Shown one piece after another: positions 38,636 through 47,457 of a DNA stretch of 64,000 nt. The notes under the pieces were generated by a model that searched no databases, was not told where the DNA came from, and was given only the letters and a program-made list of their open reading frames with translations. The position numbers and the translations under genes are program-made. Numbering within the stretch: the stretch's first letter is position 1; the number at the start of each line of letters is the position of its first letter. Origin of the DNA: Gemmatimonadota bacterium (lineage in GTDB: Bacteria > Gemmatimonadota > Gemmatimonadetes > Palauibacterales > Palauibacteraceae); assembly GCA_039587395.1 (NCBI GenBank), contig JBDHIQ010000005.1, positions 21,897 to 85,896 of the forward strand, read 5' to 3'.

Positions 38636-40139
38636 CCTCTAGATCGGAGACCCGGGACACGAAACCGTGCTCCTGGTCCACCAGCGGGGCCTGGTAGTTG
38701 CCCGTCCAGCAGGCATCGCAGAACGGTCCGTGGCTCTCCACGGCCTCCCGCATTCCCTCCATGGACAGGTATCCCAGAGTCTCGACTCCCAGGTGGTCAC
38801 GGATCTCATCTACCGAATGGCTGGAGCCGATCAGTTCCTCCCGGGTCGGCATGTCGATGCCGTAGAAACACGGGTACTTGATCTTGGGCGAGGCGACACG
38901 GAAGTGAATTTCGCTGGCGCCCGCCTCCCGAAACAGGGAAACGAGACCACTGCTCGTCGTGCCGCGCACCAGCGAATCATCGACGATGATCACCCGCCGG
39001 CCTTCCACGGCCTCCCTGACGGGGTTGTACTTGACCCTGACCCGGAAATCCCGTCCAGCCTGCGTGGGCTGGATGAACGTGCGGCCCACGTAGTGGTTCC
39101 GGATGAGTGCCAGCTCGAACGGAATCCCCGATTCCTCCGCGTAGCCCAGCGCCGCGGAGTTTGATGAGTCAGGCACGGCAGTGACCAGATCGGCATCGAT
39201 GGGGTGTTCGCAAGCGAGCTGCTGTCCAAACAGCCGCCGGGCGCGATCCACGCTGATCCCCCAGACGTGTGAGTCGGGTCGCGCAAAGTACACCAGCTCG
39301 AACAGGCAGGATGACGGCTCGGCGGGTGGCAGTGGGCGCAGGCGCTCGACGATCCCGTTGCGAATCCGCAGAACCTCGCCCGGCTCGATCTCCCGCAGAT
39401 AGCGCGCCCCGATGATGTCCAGGGCGCACGTCTCCGACGCGACGACGCAGGCCTCGCCGAGCCGCCCGAGCACGAGCGGCCGAAAGCCACGCGGATCCCG
39501 CGCCGCATAGAGCGTATCCCCGATGCTCAGAACGAGAGAGAAGGCACCTGTTACCTGCGACAGGGCGTCGTCCACCTGCATCGCTTCCTCATCACGCCGG
39601 GAGCGCGCGATCAGGTGAATGATGACTTCAGAGTCGCTGTCGGTCTGAAAGATCGCCCCCTCGTCGCTGAGGCGTTCACGAAGCTCCTGGGCGTTGGTCA
39701 GGTTGCCGTTGTGCGCCAGGGACAGCGAGCCGTGGCGATAGTCGACCAGAACCGGCTGTGCGTTGCGCAGCAAAGAACTTCCGGCCGTCGAGTAGCGGAC
39801 GTGTCCCAGCGACACCTTGCCCTGCAGTCGCTGGATCACGGAGTCATCGAAGATCTCGGCGACCAGGCCCATACCGCGGTGCGAGCGCGCCTTGCCGTCC
39901 TCATCGATCGCCACGATTCCGGCGGACTCCTGACCGCGATGCTGGAGGGCGTACAGTCCCATGAAGACCTTCTCGGCGGCGGCTGACGAGCCGCTGACCG
40001 CGAACACGCCACACTCCTCGTGCGGCTTGTCGTCATCGTGTGCCCAGACGGGAAGGGACCTGGCGACGGGGGATTCGCTCATCTTGTCCGGGTGGCTGTG
40101 CGTTTCCTCAGATCGCGCCGTCTCTGCGCGAGACGGCAT
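38619..40139 (-). CDS. purF: Amidophosphoribosyltransferase
   Basis: EECGVF (propeptide type), LQHRGQES, GHVRYST, HNGN, VDDSLVRGTT; Fe-S cysteines including CDAC. Confidence 0.97.
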   Translation of the reverse strand: MPSRAETARSEETHSHPDKMSESPVARSLPVWAHDDDKPHEECGVFAVSGSSAAAEKVFMGLYALQHRGQESAGIVAIDEDGKARSHRGMGLVAEIFDDSVIQRLQGKVSLGHVRYSTAGSSLLRNAQPVLVDYRHGSLSLAHNGNLTNAQELRERLSDEGAIFQTDSDSEVIIHLIARSRRDEEAMQVDDALSQVTGAFSLVLSIGDTLYAARDPRGFRPLVLGRLGEACVVASETCALDIIGARYLREIEPGEVLRIRNGIVERLRPLPPAEPSSCLFELVYFARPDSHVWGISVDRARRLFGQQLACEHPIDADLVTAVPDSSNSAALGYAEESGIPFELALIRNHYVGRTFIQPTQAGRDFRVRVKYNPVREAVEGRRVIIVDDSLVRGTTSSGLVSLFREAGASEIHFRVASPKIKYPCFYGIDMPTREELIGSSHSVDEIRDHLGVETLGYLSMEGMREAVESHGPFCDACWTGNYQAPLVDQEHGFVSRVSDLEVARLP

Positions 40140-40146
40140 GATCGCT

Positions 40147-41106
40147 TCAGACCGCGAGATCGTGCCCGACCACGCGGCGGTACGCTTCGAGATAGCGGTT
40201 CGTGGTCTCTTCCACCACCTCGCCCGGCAGTGCGGGAGCCGGCGGCGTCTTGTCCCATTCGCCCTTCTGGACCAGACCTTCCAGGTAGTCCCGCAACGGC
40301 TGCTTGTCCAGCGACGGCTGTCCTCGGCCCGGCGCGTACTGGTCTGCGGGCCAGAAGCGGGACGAGTCCGGAGTCAACACCTCGTCGATCAGGAGGATCT
40401 CACCCTTCCTGGAGGTGCCGAACTCGAACTTGGTGTCGGCCAGGATGATGCCTCGCTCCGCGAGCAGGTCTCGCCCGAACTCATACAGCTCCAGGCTCAG
40501 GTCCCGGAGCAGCCCCGCCGTCTTGATGCCGACAATCCGGCACATGCCGTCGAACGTGATATTCTCGTCGTGGCCCTCCTCCGCCTTGGTGGCCGGCGAG
40601 AAGATGGGCGCGGGAAGCGGCGAAGATTCCTCCAGCCCCTCCGGGAGAGGCTCGCCCGCCAGCGTGCCGCTGACCCTGTACTCCTTCCAGGCCGATCCGG
40701 ACAGATAGCCGCGCACGACGCACTCGACCGCGAAGGGCTCCGTACGCTCGACCAGCATGCCGCGACCGGCCCACCGGCCCACGGAGTCCGCGAGTTCCGG
40801 AACCTGGCGAATCACGTCATCGGCCTCGACAGCTTCCAGGTGATTCTGGAGAATGTTACGCGTCTGCTGGAACCAGAATCGCGAGACCTGCGTCAGCACC
40901 GATCCCTTGTGCGGGATCGGGTCCGGAAGCACGCAATCGAACGCGCTGATTCGATCCGTCGCTACGAGAAGAAGGTGCGGCCCAAAATCGTACATCTCGC
41001 GAACCTTACCCTCCTTGAGGAGCGGGAAGGGAAGATCGACGCGAAACGTGCCGGCCACGGACTCGGGGCCGGCGCTGGCACCAACCGGTGTGTCACTGGT
41101 CATCAT
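40147..41106 (-). CDS. purC: SAICAR synthetase
   Basis: GKVRE, TDRISAFD, ECVVRGY, LADTKFEFG, DEVLTPDSSRFW. Confidence 0.97.
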   Translation of the reverse strand: MMTSDTPVGASAGPESVAGTFRVDLPFPLLKEGKVREMYDFGPHLLLVATDRISAFDCVLPDPIPHKGSVLTQVSRFWFQQTRNILQNHLEAVEADDVIRQVPELADSVGRWAGRGMLVERTEPFAVECVVRGYLSGSAWKEYRVSGTLAGEPLPEGLEESSPLPAPIFSPATKAEEGHDENITFDGMCRIVGIKTAGLLRDLSLELYEFGRDLLAERGIILADTKFEFGTSRKGEILLIDEVLTPDSSRFWPADQYAPGRGQPSLDKQPLRDYLEGLVQKGEWDKTPPAPALPGEVVEETTNRYLEAYRRVVGHDLAV

Positions 41107-41160
41107 CGTGCTCTCATGCTGAATGAGTTTTCTCCACTTGCCGCCACGTGGGACTCCACC

Positions 41161-42603
41161 CTACACACGCAACTCTAGTTCGTCCCCAATGCTGTCCTCA
41201 TCGGCTCCCGTCAGCAGGGGCTGGACCACGGTACTCAGAAACCGGTCGACCTGTTCGGCGGATCTACCGGTCAGAGTCTCCGGCCGAGCCAGCTCCACCA
41301 GATCCTCCGGGCTGAGGTCGAACGACGAATCCCGGGAGATTCGTCCGAGAAAATCGTTGTCCGGCGCCCCATCATCCATGCGCTCCCGGGCCGCCAGAGC
41401 ATGCCGACGCACCCGCTCGTGCAACTCCTGCCGATCGCCGCCTCTCCGTACCCCCGCAATCAGGATCTCCTCGGTCACCAGGAAGGGCAATTCGCGCTCC
41501 ATGCGGGCCCGGATGACTGCCTCGTGGACTACCAGGCCACCCCCGACGTTCCGGGTGAGGAGCAGCACCGAGTCAGCCGCCAGGTACGCTTCCGGGATCG
41601 CGATCCGCCGGTTGGCCGAATCGTCAAGCGTCCGCTCAAACCACTGAACCGAGGCCGTCCACGCCGCGTCCACCTCCAGGAGGCACAGGTGACGGGCCAG
41701 GGCGCAGATCCGTTCCGAGCGCATGGGGTTCCGTTTGTAGGGCATCGCGGATGAGCCAATCTGCTTCTGCCCGAACGGCTCCTCGACCTCGCGGAACGAT
41801 TGCAGGATCCGAACGTCGTGTCCAAAGCGTGCGGTGGTGGCCCCGATCCCGGCCAGGACCGACAGGCAGCGATGATCCACCTTCCGCGGGTAGGTCTGGC
41901 CTACCACGTGGTATGCCTCGCCAAACCCGAACCTGGCCGCCAGGCGCGCGTTAAGCTCGTCCACTCTGGCGCCTTCGCCCTCGAAGAGCTCGAGGAACGT
42001 GGCCTCCGTCCCGGTCGTGCCACGAGCACCGCGAAGACGCAGCTCTGCAAGAACGGCGTCCACCTGCTCCAGATCCATTACCAGGTCCTGAATCCACAGG
42101 CAGGCGCGTTTGCCCACGGTGGTGGGTTGTGCGGGCTGCAGGTGGGTGTAACCCAGCGTCGGTACCGACCGGTGCTCGGCCGCGAACTCCGCCAGCGCCT
42201 TGATTGCGCCGAGCAGCCGCAGGCGCACGATCCCCAGCGCAGCGGCGTGCTGGATGAGCGAAGCGTTGTCGGTGACGAAACAGCTGGTTGCGCCCAGGTG
42301 GATGAAGCCGCGCGCCGCCGGAGCCACCTCCCCAAAATGGTGGACGTGGGCCATCACGTCGTGGCGAAACTCCTGCTCTATCTCCGCCACGCGAGACAGG
42401 TCGATGCGGTCACGCCCGTCGCGCATGGCCCGGATCGCCTCCTCCGGAATCTGGACGCCCAGCGCGCGCTCCTCTTCGGCCAGCGCTATCCACAGGTCAC
42501 GCCAGGCCAGCGCGGTCGCCAGCGGCGAGAAGAGGTCCGCCATCTCCGGCGAGGAATAGCGGTCAATCAAGGGGTGGGAGTACTGCGTTCGCTCTTGACT
42601 CAA
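41161..42603 (-). CDS. purB: Adenylosuccinate lyase
   Basis: RHDVMAH, IHLGATS, THLQPAQ, GSSAMPYKRNP. Confidence 0.97.
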   Translation of the reverse strand: MSQERTQYSHPLIDRYSSPEMADLFSPLATALAWRDLWIALAEEERALGVQIPEEAIRAMRDGRDRIDLSRVAEIEQEFRHDVMAHVHHFGEVAPAARGFIHLGATSCFVTDNASLIQHAAALGIVRLRLLGAIKALAEFAAEHRSVPTLGYTHLQPAQPTTVGKRACLWIQDLVMDLEQVDAVLAELRLRGARGTTGTEATFLELFEGEGARVDELNARLAARFGFGEAYHVVGQTYPRKVDHRCLSVLAGIGATTARFGHDVRILQSFREVEEPFGQKQIGSSAMPYKRNPMRSERICALARHLCLLEVDAAWTASVQWFERTLDDSANRRIAIPEAYLAADSVLLLTRNVGGGLVVHEAVIRARMERELPFLVTEEILIAGVRRGGDRQELHERVRRHALAARERMDDGAPDNDFLGRISRDSSFDLSPEDLVELARPETLTGRSAEQVDRFLSTVVQPLLTGADEDSIGDELELRV

Positions 42604-42661
42604 GTGTTTGCCTTCTCCATCGGTCCGGCACGCATCTTCGGGACGGTGTGTCCGACAGTGC

Positions 42662-44200
42662 CTAGCTCCGAATCTGGAATGTGCTCGTTAAAGTCGATCC
42701 GTTCCGGTCCACCCACACCCGGACCCAACCGTCGCCGCTGGCAAGGTAGTTGAACATCTCGCCGGCCTGGTTGGCGTCCTGTACGCGCTGCCGGTTGATG
42801 CCGACAATCACGTCGCCCCGCCGCAGGCCCGTGATGCGCGTGGTGTTCTCGTCAATGGCGACGATGAGCGCCCCAGCCTCCGCCTCCAGCCCTCGCTCCT
42901 GCGCGATCTGCGGCGTCACCGACACGAGTTCCAGCCCGCGCAGAACCTCCACCCGCTCGGCCCGTTCGGATGGCAGCTCTTCCACCTGCATGCGGACGGT
43001 ACGCTCGCTCCCATCCCGGCGGTAGCGGACCTGGACCGTCTGCGCAATGCCGGCCTCGAGAAGCCCGACCTCCCAGTCCATCGGGTTCTGAATCGGCTCG
43101 CCGTCCAGGCTGACCAGGACGTCGCCTGCCCGCATCCCCGCGCGTGAGCCGGGGGAGTCGGGAGCGACTCTGTCCACTACAGGTAGGCGCTTCAGGCTGT
43201 CTGACTCCATGTTGATCACATCCACGCCGACCCAGGCCAGTCGTATTCGGCCAAAGTCCCGCAGCTCTGCCGCCACTCGCAGCGCACGATCCATCGGAAT
43301 CGCGAACCCCAGTCCCTCCGATCCTCCGGAGCGCGAAAAGATCACGGTGTTCACGCCGATGACCTCGCCGAGCGCGTTGACCAGCGGACCACCGGAATTC
43401 CCCTGGTTGATGGCCGCATCCGTCTGGACCATGTCCGCGTACAGGACTTCACGGCCCTCTTCCGAGAGAATATCGCGCCCGACACCAGAGATCACGCCGC
43501 TCGTGACCGTGGATTCCGTGTTGACCAGGAAGAAGCCCGACGGGTTGCCGATCGCCACGGCGGGCTCTCCGACGATCAGGTCGTCGGAGGTGCCGAGTGG
43601 AGCGGGCGGGACGCTTCCCGCAACGACCTTTAGCAGAGCCAGATCGCTGAGCTCGTCCGTTCCGATGAGGTCTGCCTGGAACAGTCGCCCGCTGGAGTTC
43701 ATCACGACGATTGAATCCGCCCCCCGGACTACGTGATGATTGGTGAGGATGTAGCCGGCATCATCGATGGCGAAGCCGGAACCGATCCCCTGCACGGTCT
43801 GAGAGCGCGCACGTCCAAGGAACTCGTCGAACGGCGAGGGCCGGCGCTGCACTCGCCGGGTCACCATGACGCTCACCACCGACGGGCTGACGCGCTCCGC
43901 GGCCGCTACCACCGGAGTCATCCGGGGGCTGCCCTGCAGAGCCCCTGCGCGGCGCGCGGCCTCGCTGCCCGGGAGACCATCGCCGGAATCCGAAACGCCA
44001 ATCGTCCGCCCACCGGTCGGAACGACGGAGCCCGCCGCCGGCTCCACGACAGTGAGGTCGTCTCCCGGGGCGGCCTTGCTCCACGGAGATGTGAGGAGCA
44101 CACCGACCGTCAGCCCGGCGATGAACACGATGCCGATTCCGAGCGCGAGTTTGGACCCGGGTCGGGCGCTGAAGGAACCTTGTTGCCGAAACAGATTCAT
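42662..44200 (-). CDS. HtrA/DegP-family serine protease with two PDZ domains
   Basis: TNHHV, DLALL, DAAINQGNSGGPL; N-terminal TM. Confidence 0.95.
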   Translation of the reverse strand: MNLFRQQGSFSARPGSKLALGIGIVFIAGLTVGVLLTSPWSKAAPGDDLTVVEPAAGSVVPTGGRTIGVSDSGDGLPGSEAARRAGALQGSPRMTPVVAAAERVSPSVVSVMVTRRVQRRPSPFDEFLGRARSQTVQGIGSGFAIDDAGYILTNHHVVRGADSIVVMNSSGRLFQADLIGTDELSDLALLKVVAGSVPPAPLGTSDDLIVGEPAVAIGNPSGFFLVNTESTVTSGVISGVGRDILSEEGREVLYADMVQTDAAINQGNSGGPLVNALGEVIGVNTVIFSRSGGSEGLGFAIPMDRALRVAAELRDFGRIRLAWVGVDVINMESDSLKRLPVVDRVAPDSPGSRAGMRAGDVLVSLDGEPIQNPMDWEVGLLEAGIAQTVQVRYRRDGSERTVRMQVEELPSERAERVEVLRGLELVSVTPQIAQERGLEAEAGALIVAIDENTTRITGLRRGDVIVGINRQRVQDANQAGEMFNYLASGDGWVRVWVDRNGSTLTSTFQIRS

Positions 44201-44230
44201 CGGATCGTCTTGACCTCTCCTCAGGACCGG

Positions 44231-45031
44231 TTAGCTGGGGAGACCGGGTATTCCGGGCGGACGATTCCAGCCCTCCGGATAGCAGACGCCGGTAAGGTAG
44301 AGTCCGCTCGGCGGTGCTGGCGAGGGTGGGCGGGCCTCCGGATCCTCATCGAGGAGCCGGCTCAGCTCCTCGGCGTCTCGCTGCCCATTCCCGATCTCGA
44401 TCAGCGTTCCCACCAGGTAACGTACCATCCGGTGGAGGAAGCGGTCCGCCACGATGGTGAACACCAGGTCTCCAGCTGTCGTCTGCCGCCAACCGGCCTC
44501 CTCCACACGGCAGCGCGTGCCGCGCTCCGGCTGGCCGGACTTGGCGAACCGGCCGAACGATCTCTCTCCCGGGAGATGACGCGTGCAGTCGGCCAGCAGA
44601 GCGACGTCCACTTCTCGACATAGCGGCCACAAGCGGCCGGACCGGAGAGGTGATGCCGCGTTCGGCCACAGGCCGACCACATACTCGTATCGGCGAAGCA
44701 CGGCATCGTAGCGGGGATGAAAGTCTGCCCGCGTGCGGCTAACTTGCTCGATCCAGATGTCGTCCGGCGTGAGCGCGTTCAGGCCGCGCCGGAGGTCCGG
44801 GGCCGACCAGTGAGGCGCAGCATCCAGAGCGATCTCCTGGCCCACGGCGTGGACGCCCGTGTCCGTGCGGCCCGCCGCCGTCACCCGGGTCGGAACCGTG
44901 AGCAGGCGGGCCAGGGCTTCTTCGATGACGCCCTGGACGGTCCGTTCCTCCGGCTGGAGCTGCCAGCCGCTGAACGCCGTTCCATCGTAGTGAACGGTGG
45001 CGCGGAAGCGCGCCGCAGAATGTTCCGGCAC
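44231..45031 (-). CDS. truA: tRNA pseudouridine(38-40) synthase
   Basis: YDGTAFSGWQ, AGRTDTGVHA, FLHRMVR, APPSGLYL. Confidence 0.97.
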   Translation of the reverse strand: MPEHSAARFRATVHYDGTAFSGWQLQPEERTVQGVIEEALARLLTVPTRVTAAGRTDTGVHAVGQEIALDAAPHWSAPDLRRGLNALTPDDIWIEQVSRTRADFHPRYDAVLRRYEYVVGLWPNAASPLRSGRLWPLCREVDVALLADCTRHLPGERSFGRFAKSGQPERGTRCRVEEAGWRQTTAGDLVFTIVADRFLHRMVRYLVGTLIEIGNGQRDAEELSRLLDEDPEARPPSPAPPSGLYLTGVCYPEGWNRPPGIPGLPS

Positions 45032-45059
45032 GCCGGGAAGCTAAGCAGAGGGAACGCGA

Positions 45060-46127
45060 GTGCAAGATTGGACAGCGAAGCTATTTGCCGGAAGCCCGCT
45101 CACCGCCGACCAGGCCGAGGCGGAGCTGGACCGGTTCATGGATGGATCCGCCGACGAGGCGGAGATGGCCGCCGTCCTTACCGCGCTCAAGGTGAGGGGT
45201 GAGACGGCGGCCGAGATCGCCGGTGGCGTGCGCGCGCTTCGCAAGGCGATGGTCCCCGTGCAACTGCCTGGCAGACGGCTGGTCGATACCTGCGGCACGG
45301 GCGGCGGCGCTCTCAGCACTTTCAACATTTCGACTGCTTCAGCGCTCGTGGCGGCAGGCGGCGGGGTGAAGATCGCCAAGCACGGCAACCGTTCCTACAG
45401 CTCCAAGTGCGGAAGTGCCGATGTTCTCGAGGCGCTGGGTGTGGAAATCGACCTGGGTGCGGCCGCGATAGCCCGTGTGTTCCGGGAGACCGGCCTGGCG
45501 TTCATGTACGCGCCCCGCTTTCATCCTGCGATGCGTCACGTGGCGCCGGTGCGTCGCAGTCTGGGCGTTTCGACCCTGATGAACATCCTAGGCCCGCTGG
45601 CCAATCCGGCCGGAGTGCGCCGCCAGGTGGTCGGCGTAGCCCTGGGTGGCAGGCAGTGGCTGGTCGCGGAAGCGTTGCGAGAACTGGGGCACGAGCGCGC
45701 CCTGGTGGTGCACGGAGAGCCGGGGCTGGACGAGTTGAGCCCGCTGGGGCCGACAACGATGGTCGCGCTCGACGACGGGAAGCTGACCGATCACGAAGTC
45801 AGTCCGGCCGACTTTGGCTGGACCGATCTGTCGGCAGAGCAGCTGGCCGGAGGCGAGCCGGCACAGAACGCACAGCTGGTGGAAGACGTCATCCAAGGCC
45901 GGACCGGGGGCACTGCGCGGGCGGCCGTCGTGCTGAACGCCGCCGCCGCCTTCTACGTGGGTGGCGCTACCGACAGTCTGGAGGACGGCGTCGGACTGGC
46001 GGAGGCATCCATCGACAGCGGGAATGCCCATGGCGTCCTCGAAGCGCTCCGGGAATCCACCCGCGCGGCCCGCCGCGAGCAGGAAGCGTCGCAGGGGCGG
46101 AATCGCGAGTCGGAGACCGGGCAGTGA
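45060..46127 (+). CDS. trpD: Anthranilate phosphoribosyltransferase
   Basis: VDTCGTGG, FNIST, KHGNRS, GSADVLEALG, LGPLANP. Confidence 0.97.
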   Translation: MQDWTAKLFAGSPLTADQAEAELDRFMDGSADEAEMAAVLTALKVRGETAAEIAGGVRALRKAMVPVQLPGRRLVDTCGTGGGALSTFNISTASALVAAGGGVKIAKHGNRSYSSKCGSADVLEALGVEIDLGAAAIARVFRETGLAFMYAPRFHPAMRHVAPVRRSLGVSTLMNILGPLANPAGVRRQVVGVALGGRQWLVAEALRELGHERALVVHGEPGLDELSPLGPTTMVALDDGKLTDHEVSPADFGWTDLSAEQLAGGEPAQNAQLVEDVIQGRTGGTARAAVVLNAAAAFYVGGATDSLEDGVGLAEASIDSGNAHGVLEALRESTRAARREQEASQGRNRESETGQ

Positions 46128-46435
46128 CGGGGGGTGGAGTGACAGGCGAGCGGCGGCAAGGGGAGGAGCGCAGGGGCTGGCGCGGCCGTCTGCGCGCCTT
46201 CCGAGACATCTATGAAGGTCTGTACATTGCGCCGTACCGATCCACGATTCAGCGGGAGTACCTGCGCCAGCGCGACCTGTTCATGCTGCTGGGCTTCTCG
46301 GACCTCCTGGGGCTGCCCAATCCTGTCCAGTTCTATACGCTGGAGTTGTACCCGGAGATCATCGAGCAATTCCACCAGTGGCACCTGCGCATGGGGATGG
46401 AGCAGCCGCCCGACGGCGGCTTCCGGTGCTGCTGA
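46124..46435 (+). CDS. Small CstA-associated protein ending in Cys-Cys (cory-CC-star-like)
   Basis: DLFMLLGFSDLLGLPNPVQFYTLELYP…FHQWHLRMG…GFRCC-stop; GTG overlaps the trpD stop (alternative GTG 46139). Confidence 0.85.
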   Translation: MTGGGVTGERRQGEERRGWRGRLRAFRDIYEGLYIAPYRSTIQREYLRQRDLFMLLGFSDLLGLPNPVQFYTLELYPEIIEQFHQWHLRMGMEQPPDGGFRCC

Positions 46436-46437
46436 AC

Positions 46438-47448
46438 ATGGACGAGCCCGGCCGGATGCTGGACAGCCGGATCCTATTCCTGGGCGGGAAGGGTGGGGTG
46501 GGCAAAACCACGCTGGCTGCCGCCACGGCACTGCAGCTGGCCGACTTCGGCCTGCGGACGCTGCTGGTTTCGACCGACCCTGCTCACTCCACCGGTGACA
46601 TCCTCCAGACCGGTTTGGGTCCGGAGCCGACCGTCGTCGTCCCCGGCTGTTGGGCGCTGGAGATAGACCCCGCACGCGAAGCCGAGCTCTACATTGCCGA
46701 TGTGAAGGCGCGTGTCTTCGAATCGACGCCGCCCAGACTCGTCGCCGAGGTGGAACGACAGATCGACATTGCCCGGGTGTCTCCCGGTGCGGAGGAAGCG
46801 GCATTGTTCGACCGATTCACCCGGATACTGGAAGAGGGCCGCGAGACGTACGAGCGAATCGTGTTCGACACGGCCCCCACCGGACACACTGTGCGCCTCC
46901 TGTCACTCCCCGAGCTGATGTCGGCCTGGATAGGCGGGCTGATAGGCCGCCGCAAGAAAGTGACTTCGCTGGGACGGATGTGGCGCAACGTGGCCGGAGC
47001 GGCCGCCGGGGACGTAGCTGAGCGGGACGACCCCGTGCTACGGGCGCTGGAAGAGCGACAGGCCCGGTTCCAGCGGGCGCGAAGGGTTCTGACCGATGCC
47101 GGGCAGACCTCCTTCGTGTTTGTCGTGACGCCCGAGCGGCTTCCCATCTGGGAGACGGAGCGTGCCGTAGCGACGCTGGCGAAGTACGGAATCCCCGTGG
47201 GCGGCATTCTGGTCAACCAGGTGTTGCCGGCCGAGCCCGGCGGTGACTTCCTGGCCGGTCGCAAGGAGAGGGAGCGGGAATACCTTGCCAGAATCCAGCG
47301 GAGCTTTGGAGATTGGCCCATCGAACACGTCGCCCTGGCCGAGCGGGATCCGGTCGGAGTGGACGCGCTGCGGGAGCTGGGCGCTCGGATCGCTGGACGG
47401 CGAGACGCTGTGCGCGGCGCACCGCCGATGAGGCGCCGGGAGACCTGA
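46438..47448 (+). CDS. ArsA/Get3-family ATPase (single domain)
   Basis: GKGGVGKTT deviant Walker A, STDPAHS, SPGAEE, DTAPTGHT. Confidence 0.93.
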   Translation: MDEPGRMLDSRILFLGGKGGVGKTTLAAATALQLADFGLRTLLVSTDPAHSTGDILQTGLGPEPTVVVPGCWALEIDPAREAELYIADVKARVFESTPPRLVAEVERQIDIARVSPGAEEAALFDRFTRILEEGRETYERIVFDTAPTGHTVRLLSLPELMSAWIGGLIGRRKKVTSLGRMWRNVAGAAAGDVAERDDPVLRALEERQARFQRARRVLTDAGQTSFVFVVTPERLPIWETERAVATLAKYGIPVGGILVNQVLPAEPGGDFLAGRKEREREYLARIQRSFGDWPIEHVALAERDPVGVDALRELGARIAGRRDAVRGAPPMRRRET

Positions 47449-47457
47449 GGAGGCCGC

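Noticed and set aside
46424-46470. Selenocysteine read-through at the TGA after Cys-Cys
   Set aside because: The protein already ends in CC, the next gene starts 2 bp later, and I see no convincing SECIS-like hairpin
46438-47448. Arsenic-resistance arsA
   Set aside because: Single domain, lacks the metalloid-binding Cys residues, no ars genes nearby; context is cstA
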